Below are positions 47,754 through 57,642 of a stretch of 64,000 bases of DNA, one piece after another (the stretch's first letter is position 1; every line of letters starts with the position of its first letter). The translations under genes were made by a program, and so were the position numbers. The DNA is from an uncultured Thermoplasmata archaeon (GTDB lineage Archaea; Thermoplasmatota; Thermoplasmata; Lutacidiplasmatales; UBA184): the NCBI GenBank assembly GCA_963749235.1, contig CAVVLV010000001.1, forward strand, positions 410,989-474,988, given 5' to 3'. The notes beneath the pieces are model-generated. The model did no database searches, was not told the DNA's origin, and worked only from the letters and a program-made list of their open reading frames with translations.

Positions 47754-50700
47754 CGTGCCTCGAGCGGGGTGTTGGGGGGAAGCGCGTCGGCCGTGCGGGC
47801 CCCTTCGCGCGCTTCCACGTCGTGGATGTCGTCCAGGTGGATCCCGATGACGCGGGAGCAGCCGTCGCCGCGCATCGTTACGCCGAACAGGTGGTGGGCG
47901 AACTTGAGCGTCACTTTGCGCAAGGAGATCACGATGAACTGGGCCCGCTCGGCATTCCGCCGAAGCAGGCGGCCCACGTACTCGGCGTTGAGCCCGTCCA
48001 AGGACATGTCGACCTCGTCAAAGACGTAGAGCGGGCTCGGGTCGTACCGCTGGAGCGAGAAGATGAACGCGAGGCTCGCGAGCGACTTCTCCCCGCCCGA
48101 CAGTTGTTCGAGCCGCGCTACCGTCTTTCCGACGGGACGCGCCTTGATCAGGAGTCCACCGGCGAGGGGGTCGTCCGGGTTCTCGAGGGCGATCTCGCCC
48201 TCGCCACCGGCGCTGAGTTCCCCGTAGATCTCCTTGAAGTTCGTGTTGACCTGGACGACGACCTCGGCGATCTTGAGGCGCTTCTTCTTCTCGATCTCGC
48301 CCACGAGGGCGACCAGCTCGGCCTTCTCCGAAGTGAGCCGGGTGGCTTCGGTCCCGAACTCATCCAAGCGCGCCTTCTCGGCGTCGAACTCCTCGACCGC
48401 ACGGAGGTTCACGGCTCCCAACCCCTCGAGTTGCTGGGTGAGCGTCGCGATCTTCCGTTTCAACTCATCCAACGGGACCGGCTTTTCGTCGGCCTCGGGC
48501 TCAGGGAATTCCCGGAGCGCCTCCTGGAGTTCGTTGTACTTGGCCTCGGCCTGGGCGAGTCGGGTCTCCTCCTGGACGACCAGTCCCTGACGGGTCGTGA
48601 GGTTGGCCTGGACCTCGCCGAGCTTTCCCGTGACGTCCAGGCGCTCGGTCTCGAGCGTCCGCTTCTTGTCCGCGAGGACCTTCTGGGTCTCGCTCTGCTT
48701 CGACTCGACCGACTTCAGCGCATCGAGGGCGGCCCGCGCGTCGCGGGCGTCCTTCTCGGACTTCAGGATCTCCTTCTTCTTCGCTGCCAGCTCCGCCTCG
48801 ACCTTGTCGAGCTCGGTCCGGTGGGTGGCGAGGTTCGCGATCAGGGCGGTCAGGGAGGCGCGGGTCGATTCGAGCTCCCCGTTCGCCTTCATCCGCTCGT
48901 CCGCCGTCTTCTGGGCGGACTCCTGGAGGGCGCGCAGGCGGGTCGAGATCGCCTCGGGAAGTTGGCCGAGGTATTCCTCCTGGGCCTTCGCGATCCGCTC
49001 CTTCAGTTGGGCGAGCGAGGCCGCCAATTTTTGAACGGAAGTTTCCGCCGCGGTGAGGGTGAGGGTCGCCTGTTGGGCCTCCTTCTCCGCGGTCGTGATG
49101 CGGGCCCGGGCCGCGCCGAGTTTCTCGCGGGCTGATGTCAGGTCGCCGTCCAGCATCTTACGGGTGGATTGGTGCGCCTGGTCCTGGATCGACCGGGTGG
49201 CGAGTTCCTGGGCGACCACCCGAAGGCGGTCGCTCGTCTTCTGGAGCTCGATGCGCGCCGCGGACTCGGCCTCGCTCTTTTCGCGAAGCTCGTCCCCGAG
49301 CCGCCTCAATTCGACCGCACTGTCGGCGCCCCGGCCCTGGCTGGAGGGGTCGAGGTAGCCGCCCGAAATGGCCCCGGTCGCTTCGATGAGGTCCCCCGTC
49401 AGGGTGACGAGCCGGACTCCGCCCATCTGGGCCCGAGCCTGGGCGAGGTCGCCCATGACGACCGTCTCGCCGAAGACGTACCAGAAGGCGGCCCGCAGCG
49501 ATTCATCAAAGTGGACCAGGTCGACCGCGAACCCTTGGGCTCCGGTGGCCTTGGCCACGACCAGGGACTTCCCGTGGGGGCGGCCTGGGAGCATCTTGTT
49601 GAGGGGGAGGAACGTCGCCCGGCCGCGCTTCTCCTGGCGGAGGAGCTGGATGCACTGTTCGGCGACCTGGTCGCTCTCGACGACCAGGGCCTGGAATCGG
49701 TTGCCTCCCGCCATCTGGAGGGCCGTCTTGTGCTTCGGGTCATACTGGGCGAGCTCTTCGACCGTGCCCCGGATGCCGCCGATCTTGCCCAGATTCCGTT
49801 GGGAGAGGAGATAGTCGACGGCCGCGAGCTGGTTCGGCCGGCCGCCGGCCTCGGAGCGCGCCTTGAGCCGGGCGTCCAGCTGGACGTACCGACGGTTGAG
49901 CTCGCCGACTTCACGCTCGAGACGGTCGGCCTCGGCGGTGAGAGCTTGCTCCTGGGCCTTGAGCGAGTGAAGTTCCTTCTGAAGGTCCCCCGAGCTCCCG
50001 GATTCGGACGATCCCTTCCCCGGGGCGGTCTCCTTCATCCGAAGCTCGAGGTCCTTGACCTCGACCTCCCGTTCCCGGAGCTCGTCCTCCGACTGGGCCT
50101 GGACCTGTTCGGCCGTGTGGAGGGCGGCGCTCGACGCCTCCCGACGCTGGACCGCGTCCTGCCAGGATTTCTGCTGGGCGTCGACCTGTCGCTGGAGCTC
50201 GAGTTGGGACTTGCGGGCTTCGGCGAGCCGGTCGGGCCCCTTCCCCTTCGGGGTCGCGGCGCCCTGGATCTCCCGGGTCTGCCGGTCGGCCTCCGCCTGG
50301 AGGCCCTCGAGCTTCTTCGAGAGCGTCTTCTCGGTGGATTCGAACGTCTCCTTCTGGGTCTCGTCCGACCCGACCGCGGCGGCGAGCTCTTCGAGCCGGG
50401 CCGTAAGCGCGTCGCACGCCTCCCGAAGGTGGGACAAGTTCTGGTCGAGCCGGGCGAAGGCGATCTTCTTCCCGTCCAGTTCCTCCTTGAATTTCACGGC
50501 GGCCGCGCCGCCGGCTTCCGCGACCTCGCGGTCGACCGAATCGATCGCGGTCGCGAGCTCCTTCTGGCGAGTATCGAGCTTCGTCCGTTCGGACTGGAGG
50601 CGGTCGATCTCGGCCCGGGCGGCCTCGACCTGCTTCCGGCAGGTGGTCAGCTCCTGTTCGGCGAGCCGGTGACCGGCCCGCGCGAGGCGAGCCTCGGTCC

Positions 50701-51388
50701 GGCGACGGTCGTCCTGGAGCTCCTTGTACTGGATCGCCTGGAGGCGTTGACTGCCCAAGGTCCCGAGTCGGCCCTGCACCTCTCCCAAGAGCGTCTGGAT
50801 GCGGGCGAGGTTCGAGTCCAAGTCGACCCGCTTTGCCGCCGCATGCTCGAGCTCGTCGTCGTACTGGCTGATCCCCGCGAGGCGCTCCACGAGGCCGCGA
50901 CGCGGGACCGGGCCCATCGTCACGATCTTGTTGACGTCGCCTTGCTGGACCAGGTTGTACCCGTCCCCGCTCAGGCGGGCGTGGGACAGGATGGAGTCGA
51001 TCTCGGTCTGGGTCGTTCGCTTGCCGTTGACGTAGAAGTAGGAGTAGTAGCCGTCGGGGTCGTTCGGGGCCAGCTTGACGTAGCGCGTGACCTCGACCTC
51101 GGCCGAGTCGAGCGGGAGCAGTTTGTCGGCATTGTCGAAGACCAGGGAGACCTCGCACTCGGTCGACGGCTTCTTCGAAGACCCGCCGTTGAAGAAGAGG
51201 TGGGTCAACCGCTCGGCCCGGAGGGCCTTCGAGCTGGTCGGTCCGAGGACGAACAAGATCGCGTCGGAGATGTTCGACTTGCCCATGCCGTTCGGGCCCG
51301 CAACGCCCGTGAACCCGGGCTGGAACGGGATCTCGGTCGCCCCGGAGAAGGACTTGAAATTCCTCAGCTTGATCCGTTTCAGATGCAT
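47750..51388 (-). CDS. smc: Chromosome segregation protein SMC (1212 aa, intact)
   Basis: Walker A GPNGMGKSN, long coiled coils, hinge, signature LSGGEKSL, Walker B LYVFDEVD. Confidence 0.9.
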   Translation of the reverse strand: MHLKRIKLRNFKSFSGATEIPFQPGFTGVAGPNGMGKSNISDAILFVLGPTSSKALRAERLTHLFFNGGSSKKPSTECEVSLVFDNADKLLPLDSAEVEVTRYVKLAPNDPDGYYSYFYVNGKRTTQTEIDSILSHARLSGDGYNLVQQGDVNKIVTMGPVPRRGLVERLAGISQYDDELEHAAAKRVDLDSNLARIQTLLGEVQGRLGTLGSQRLQAIQYKELQDDRRRTEARLARAGHRLAEQELTTCRKQVEAARAEIDRLQSERTKLDTRQKELATAIDSVDREVAEAGGAAAVKFKEELDGKKIAFARLDQNLSHLREACDALTARLEELAAAVGSDETQKETFESTEKTLSKKLEGLQAEADRQTREIQGAATPKGKGPDRLAEARKSQLELQRQVDAQQKSWQDAVQRREASSAALHTAEQVQAQSEDELREREVEVKDLELRMKETAPGKGSSESGSSGDLQKELHSLKAQEQALTAEADRLEREVGELNRRYVQLDARLKARSEAGGRPNQLAAVDYLLSQRNLGKIGGIRGTVEELAQYDPKHKTALQMAGGNRFQALVVESDQVAEQCIQLLRQEKRGRATFLPLNKMLPGRPHGKSLVVAKATGAQGFAVDLVHFDESLRAAFWYVFGETVVMGDLAQARAQMGGVRLVTLTGDLIEATGAISGGYLDPSSQGRGADSAVELRRLGDELREKSEAESAARIELQKTSDRLRVVAQELATRSIQDQAHQSTRKMLDGDLTSAREKLGAARARITTAEKEAQQATLTLTAAETSVQKLAASLAQLKERIAKAQEEYLGQLPEAISTRLRALQESAQKTADERMKANGELESTRASLTALIANLATHRTELDKVEAELAAKKKEILKSEKDARDARAALDALKSVESKQSETQKVLADKKRTLETERLDVTGKLGEVQANLTTRQGLVVQEETRLAQAEAKYNELQEALREFPEPEADEKPVPLDELKRKIATLTQQLEGLGAVNLRAVEEFDAEKARLDEFGTEATRLTSEKAELVALVGEIEKKKRLKIAEVVVQVNTNFKEIYGELSAGGEGEIALENPDDPLAGGLLIKARPVGKTVARLEQLSGGEKSLASLAFIFSLQRYDPSPLYVFDEVDMSLDGLNAEYVGRLLRRNAERAQFIVISLRKVTLKFAHHLFGVTMRGDGCSRVIGIHLDDIHDVEAREGARTADALPPNTPLEAR

Positions 51389-51539
51389 CGAGCGCTCCCC
51401 CTCACTGCCTGAGCCTCTCGCCGCTTCCCATGCCGATTCTGGCTGTTTGTCAGACAGATGTCAGCAAGGGTAAGCTGTTCTGTCAGCCATATTTAAGACT
51501 ACGTTTGGTGAGGCACATCAGGGCCCCGCGCCGGCTGAG
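51389..51539 (-). promoter_or_regulatory. smc operon upstream region: AT-richer, three direct TGTCAG(A/C) repeats and TTAAATAT box
   Basis: ttTGTCAGAcagaTGTCAGCaagggtaagctgttcTGTCAGCcatatttaag read directly. Confidence 0.35.
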
Positions 51540-51729
51540 TCAGGGCTCGGACTCGATCTTCTTGATCTTGCGATCCGCCGCGGACAGGGCGCGATCGTCC
51601 TGTTCGGCTTTGCTCTCGTCCGACGTGCGGCCGGTCTGGGTGGCCGTGTTGTCCGCGTCTTCCCATCGAACTGCGGCCTCGGCTCGCTCCAGGTTGGCCG
51701 CTTCCAGCCGCTTGGCTTTCTCGATCACG
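51540..51729 (-). CDS. Small hypothetical protein (~62 aa, GTG start), Lys-rich C-terminus
   Basis: VIEKAKRLEAANLERAEAAV...RKIKKIESEP; no overlap with stronger ORFs. Confidence 0.3.
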
Positions 51730-51772
51730 GGAGAACTCCCATCCGATGATCGGCGATAAGATCGACCTTCGC

Positions 51773-52090
51773 TCACGGCTCTCGACGACTTCGGAGCGCT
51801 CTCGGGGCCCACCCATGACGATCCATGCGGACGCGCGCCCCGCGAAAGGTCACGCCCTCCATCTCCAGTCGGAGTCGCTGTTCCTGGCCCTGTTCCCCCG
51901 GCAAGGCGATGCGGCCCCCCGCACCCACCACCCGATGCCATGGTAGTCCATCTCCCGCTTGGAGCGCCCAAACCGTGAGCCGGGCCGCACGCGGGAATCC
52001 CGCAGCCTCCGCAGCTTGACCATACGTGATCACCTTGCCCCGGGGTACGGCGGCGATGACGCCTCGGATCCGGGCGAGGTTCGTCATGAT
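51773..52090 (-). CDS. atl: Alkyltransferase-like protein (MGMT DNA-binding fold lacking acceptor Cys: PWHRV instead of PCHRV)
   Basis: GKVITYGQAAEAAGFPRAARLTVWAL...LPWHRVV. Confidence 0.7.
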   Translation of the reverse strand: MMTNLARIRGVIAAVPRGKVITYGQAAEAAGFPRAARLTVWALQAGDGLPWHRVVGAGGRIALPGEQGQEQRLRLEMEGVTFRGARVRMDRHGWAPRALRSRREP

Positions 52091-52741
52091 CCGTCCTGGA
52101 GGGGGACCCACCCCCGGCGATATGAGTGATGGGAACGGCTCGGATCGAGTCGCGGCTCCAATGGGCACGCTCCGGCACCGTTCTTCAGTGGCCTGAACCC
52201 GCGACGGGAAGCGTACCGGAGGGAGGGGTCAATACCGTTCTCGACCTCTGAACGTTGAGATGAGCGAGAATGGCCCGCGCGAGGGTACCCGGGACCTTCC
52301 CCGACGGAGCCCGGAGGCGGGCCATCGGGCCGTCGACCCTCATTCCCCGACCGGAATCGCCTACGACCGGCTGGCCCGACGCCAGCGACGTCGACTCGCG
52401 GAGATCCTCGGGATGGTTCGCTCCGGCCTCTCGTTCGAGGTTATCGTCGCCCAGTACGGCCGGGACCATCCTATCGAGCGGGACGTTACCGAGGAGGAGT
52501 TCCGGGCGGCCGAAGGGAAGGACGGGTCCGCACCAGTTGGTCCGGTCTCCCGCGCCCGGTGACCTTCGCTCCTCGTCGGCCCTCGGGCCATTTCGCCCCT
52601 TAGCCGGAAGGATACCTGCCCCACCTGGAGTTGGTGCTTCTTGCGCGACGAATCGATCTCGTAGCGTTGCACCCGCTCGCTTCCGTCCCGCCAAGCTAAT
52701 GAATTCGGAAACCCAGCGCGGGCCCGCCGACATGGCGACCT

Positions 52742-53539
52742 TTGCGGACCGTTTGGGAGGATTCCCCCGCTGGGTCACCGAGGAGTACCTGGACGGAGAC
52801 CCGAAAGTCGGTCTTCACGGCCCCCGCCCATCTTGGAGCGTTCCGTCGGGCCTACCGGAACGCACGCGCCCTCCCGGTTCAGATCGCGAAGCTGACCTCC
52901 ACCCCACCCCCCCAGATGCGGACCTGGCTGAACGACCTGCGACGGACCGGTCTCGCCCAGGAGATCCGTTCCCGTTGCCCGCAGGCCACGGGGATGGGCA
53001 GCCCGAATGCCGAGGTTCTCTACCTTTTCGTGCGGGCCGCTCGACCGCGTGTCGTCGTGGAGACCGGGGTGGAGCGCGGAGTGAGCAGCGCCTACTTCCT
53101 TCAGGGCCTTTCGGACAACGGAGGGGGCGAGCTCTGGTCGATCGATCTTCCTACCATCGGCCCCTCGGGTCGTGTGAACCAGGACGGTCGCCTGGATCGC
53201 GCCCACGTGGATTCGATCGACCAGGTCGGTCAAGCCGTCCCCGACCGGCTTCGGAAACGGTGGCACCTGTCCCTTGGGGACGCCAAGGAGCTGCTGCCCA
53301 AAGTGGCCGCACCGGATCCATGGGACATCTTCTTCCACGACTCCGACCATAGCCGGGCCCACATGCTCTGGGAGTACGAGACGGCCTGGCCGCACCTTCG
53401 ACCGGGAGGGTTCCTTCTCTCGGACGATGTCCCGGACAACGACGCCTTCGTGACGTTCGCCAAATCCGTCGGCGGGACTCCCTTCCTCTGGCTACGCCGC
53501 GGAGCCCTCGCCCGGACCCCTCCTCCCAGCGCGGGATGA
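52742..53539 (+). CDS. Class I SAM-dependent methyltransferase (TylF/CmcI-like)
   Basis: VVETGVERGVSSAYF glycine-rich loop; DSDHS motif. Confidence 0.65.
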   Translation: MRTVWEDSPAGSPRSTWTETRKSVFTAPAHLGAFRRAYRNARALPVQIAKLTSTPPPQMRTWLNDLRRTGLAQEIRSRCPQATGMGSPNAEVLYLFVRAARPRVVVETGVERGVSSAYFLQGLSDNGGGELWSIDLPTIGPSGRVNQDGRLDRAHVDSIDQVGQAVPDRLRKRWHLSLGDAKELLPKVAAPDPWDIFFHDSDHSRAHMLWEYETAWPHLRPGGFLLSDDVPDNDAFVTFAKSVGGTPFLWLRRGALARTPPPSAG

Positions 53540-53543
53540 GCTC

Positions 53544-56500
53544 ATGATAGAAGTCCGAGACTTGGACTCGTCCGTCTCGGAGCGGCGAACTTTCAGGGGC
53601 AGCCCCTCCACGAATGGGAGAGGCCGAGTCAGTCCCTCATTGGCCCCCCTCCCTTCTGCTCTCTCGAGTCCCTACGTCGGGAGGGCGAATCGAGGTTCCC
53701 GAAAGGGGGCCGTCGTAACCCGGACTCTCGCTGTGGCGATCGCAGCCTCCTTTGTCTTCACATTAGTGCCGAGCGGATCGGTTCCGGTCGCGTTCTCAGC
53801 CCCGGACGTGACCTCCGCGGCGTCCCAATCACCTCAGGTCACCGGCCCCACGCTCTCGCTGGTCTGGACTAACGTCACGGCGAGTGCCGGTCCCGTGCCC
53901 CAGTGCCGGGATTCCGAGGGGCTGGCGTACGACACGGCCCTGGGCGAGGTAGTGATGTTCGGTGGGGTCTCTCAATGCGGTGGGCAGCCGAATGCCTACT
54001 CGCTCGCGGACACGTGGACCTATTCGGGCGCGGCGTGGACCAACATTTCGGGGTCCATGGTGACCGTTCCATCGGCTCGCTGGGGCATGGTCATGGTGTA
54101 TGATCCGGCCCTGAGGGAGGTCGTCCTGTTCGGCGGCACCGACGCGTTCGGAAACACCAACGATCAGACGTGGCTCTTCAACGGGACGTGGTTCGACAAC
54201 ACGTCGAACGAGACGGCATCGCCGCCGGCAATGTACGGGGCGGCGGCGACGTACGACCCGTCCCTGGGGGGCGTCCTAGTCTATGGGGGCGTCAGCGGCT
54301 TCGGTGGAACGACCTACAGTGGGACGTATCTCTTCAAGAACGGCCAATGGACCCAGTTGTCGGTCTCCGGTCCAGACCCCTTGCGCTCTGCCGGCCTGGT
54401 CTACGATAACGCCACCAACCAGAGTCTCTTGTTCGGAGGTTGGGATTCCAACAGTAACGCCCCCAGCAATGACGTGTGGGCATTCGCGTCCGGCTCTTGG
54501 TCGAGAATCTCCGTTTCGGGCACACTCCCCTCCGCGCGGTACTCCTTCGGAGAAGTGTATGATCCGGTGACCGCCAGCATCCTAGAATTCGGGGGGTTTG
54601 GGGGGGCGGTCACCCAGTACGTCGTGGGAGACAGCTGGGTGTACGCGAACCATACATGGACCAACGCCACCAGCACCCTCGCAGGGTCCTCCGCTGCACC
54701 TCGAGGCGGCGCCCGGCTGGTTTGGGACCCGGCGACCGATGTGGTCCTCCTCTTCGGAGGACAGGCCAACAGCGTCCGGAACAACGATACGTGGCTGGCC
54801 GTCCCACTCTCGCCGCCCGCGCTTTCGGTGACACCCGCCGCGATCGCACCGGGCCAGCGAGTGGACGTCAACGCCACCGTTACCGGCGGTGAGTTCCCGC
54901 TTACCTACTCCTATTCCGGACTCCCCTCCGGTTGCGTGTCCGTGAATGCGACCAATCTTTCGTGCTCCCCAAGCGGAACCGGGGAGTACACCGTATCGGT
55001 TCGGGTCCACGATCCGACGGGAAGCAACGGCACCGCGTCGGCGAGCCTGACGATTGGTTCCCCCGTAGCGATCACCTCGTTCACCGCGGTCCCCTCCAAT
55101 CTTCCGGTCGGCTCGACCTCGGACCTCAACGTCACCGCTACCGGGGGCTCGGCGCCGTACACCTACAGCTACACCGGGCTACCGCCGAACTGTGCGAGCG
55201 AGAATACCAGCCGCCTGACCTGCGCGAGCGAGTATGCCGGAAGCTTCAATGTGGTCGCCCACGTCGTCGATGCCGACCACGCGACGGCGCCGACGACATC
55301 GGTGATGGTGACGTACGTCTCCCAGGGCCCTTCCGGAACGTTCGGTTGGACCAACATCTCGTCGTTCGAGAAGAAGACCCCCGCCTGCCGGGACTCCGAG
55401 GGCTTGGTCTACGACCCGGCACTCGGAACGACGGTGATGTTCGGCGGGGTCTCGCAGTGTGGCCAGGTGAACTCCTACTCGGACGGGGACACGTGGACCT
55501 TCTCGAGTGGCCAGTGGACGAACATCTCGAGTTCGGTGGCGACGGCCCCCTCGGCGCGATGGGGGATGGTCATGGTGTACGACCCGGCCGAGTCGGAGGT
55601 CGTCTTGTTCGGCGGCTCAGATGTCTACGGGAACGTCAACACTCAAACCTGGACGTTCGACGGGACGTGGACGAACGTGACCGGCTCTCAAACCGTCTCC
55701 CCGCCGGCGTTGTACTCCGCGGGAGCGACCTACGACCCCGTCCTCGGTGGCGTCCTGATCTATGGGGGACAAGCGGGCTTCAACGGACCCACGGTCACTT
55801 ACAACCAGACCTGGCTGTTCAAAGCCGGCCAGTGGTCGCAACTGAATGTCTTCGGCCCTGATCCCCTCCGGTCGCCCTCCCTGGTCTACGACACGGCGAT
55901 CTCCGCGGACCTGTTGTTCGGGGGGGCGGACGGGACCACGGGGACCGACACCGACTCGACCTGGGTGTTCGCGGACGGGGCGTGGACCTTCCTCTCTCCC
56001 TCCTTCGCTCCGTCGGCCCGCTACGACGCGGGGGTCGCGTACCGATCCCACCTCCGCGTCGGTCGTCCTGTTCGGGGGGTTTGTAGCATCGGGGGCTGCG
56101 CTCGAGGACACGTGGGTCTTCGTCAATGGCACCTGGGCCGACCTCACGAGCGAAGTGCACACCGCTCCCTCCGCCCGGGGAGCAGAGCGGCTGGTCTGGG
56201 ACAGTGCCGAGAATTTCGGGATTTCGCTCGGCGGTCAACAGAACGGCTACCGGGTACTCGGACACGTGGGTCTTCCCGACCACTCCGCTCCTCGGCGCTT
56301 CCCTGATCGCTTCCGCGACCGTCGTGGACGTGGGGCAGAACATCTCATGGACCGCCACCACCCTCGGGAGTGCCGGGACGCTCAGCTACACGTATACCGG
56401 CTTGCCGACCGGTTGCGTTTCCACGGACCTCGCGACCCTGTCCTGCCTTCCCACCGGGCCCGGCACATTCGTCGTCACGGTGCAGGTGTCCAATGGTCTG

Positions 56501-57289
56501 GGCCACCAAGTGAACGCGAGTGCGGTGGCCCTCCTCGTCAACCCGGACCCTAGGGTTAGTCCCCTCAGCGCGTCACCCTCCTCGGCCCCAGTCGGTGGTT
56601 CCATCCTGCTGACCACGACGGTGACGGGAGGCACGCTTCCGCTCGCCTACACCTACACGGGTCTGCCGGCCGATTGCCGGACGGCGAACGCCTCCGTGCT
56701 GACCTGCACGAGCTCGCTCGCCGGCTCGTACACCGTGACCGTCCACGTGGTGGACGCCCGGGGTGTCTCGGCCGAGGGTACGGTCCAGATCTCCTTCACG
56801 ACCCCCGTAACCGGAGGTGGAGGCGGTTTCGGTGGCATTTCCTTCCTCGATTGGATCATTCTCGCCGCGGTGATCGCAGCCGCCCTGCTGGTCGGTCTTT
56901 TCCTTGCGAGCCGACGGCGGTCAGCGGATTCCGAATCCTCCGGTGTCGACGAAACCCTTCCTCCTCCTCCACCCGGCGCCGCCCCGGCAACGACTCCACT
57001 TCGACTCTCCCAGCGCGTGGTCGTTCACTTGGGCCAACAAGGTGGGATCGGCCCGTACGCACCCGCCTCGCCTGGACAGACCCAGGCCGGGATCGCGGAG
57101 GAACTGGGAACCGGTCAAAGTAACATCGCCAACGCCCTCGGCCGCTTGGTTGAGTCCGGCCTGGTCGAGGAGCAGCTCGGGCACGTCCAGGGGCAGCCCC
57201 GGCGGCTCAAGGTCTACCAATTGACCTCAAAGGGACAGATGGTGTATCGGGAACTGCGGGGCCTCCCTCACCGAGGACCGGGAGAGTAG
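53544..57289 (+). CDS. Kelch-repeat beta-propeller + PKD-like repeat cell-surface protein with TM anchor and cytoplasmic winged-HTH tail; reading frame interrupted twice (~56042 and ~56245)
   Basis: Signal/TM at N-terminus; many Kelch units (GG...DTW.F..G.W); PKD-like TYTGLP.GC units; TM WIILAAVIAAALLVGLFLA, then SRRRS, PPPPP, and wHTH IAEELGTGQSNIANALGRLVESGLVEE...RLKVYQLT. Confidence 0.65.
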
Positions 57290-57642
57290 GGTCCTTGGGA
57301 CTCGCCCTCCCGTCGGGGGCGTGCGCCCCGCCGCCTGTAGCCTGAACCCTGGCTCTGGGGCCAGTCGCCGGGGTCGCTCTTCCGTGGAAAATCGCCCCGT
57401 GTCCGTGGGAGGATTTCAGCGTGTATCTGGGGTCCGGGGTGTATTCACGCGATATCTCCGGCAGGGGTATTTAGGGCCAGTCGACCGGAAGGAATACTGA
57501 TGACGCTCTCCACCCGCCCCGAGCCCAAAGCTCCCACCGATCCCAGCTTTTCCACCGGCCCGTTCCTCCCGCTTGATTCCCGTCATTTGCCGGTCGCGAG
57601 CCCGCCGGACGTGGTTCCCCTGGCCCGGGGAAGGGGGACCGC

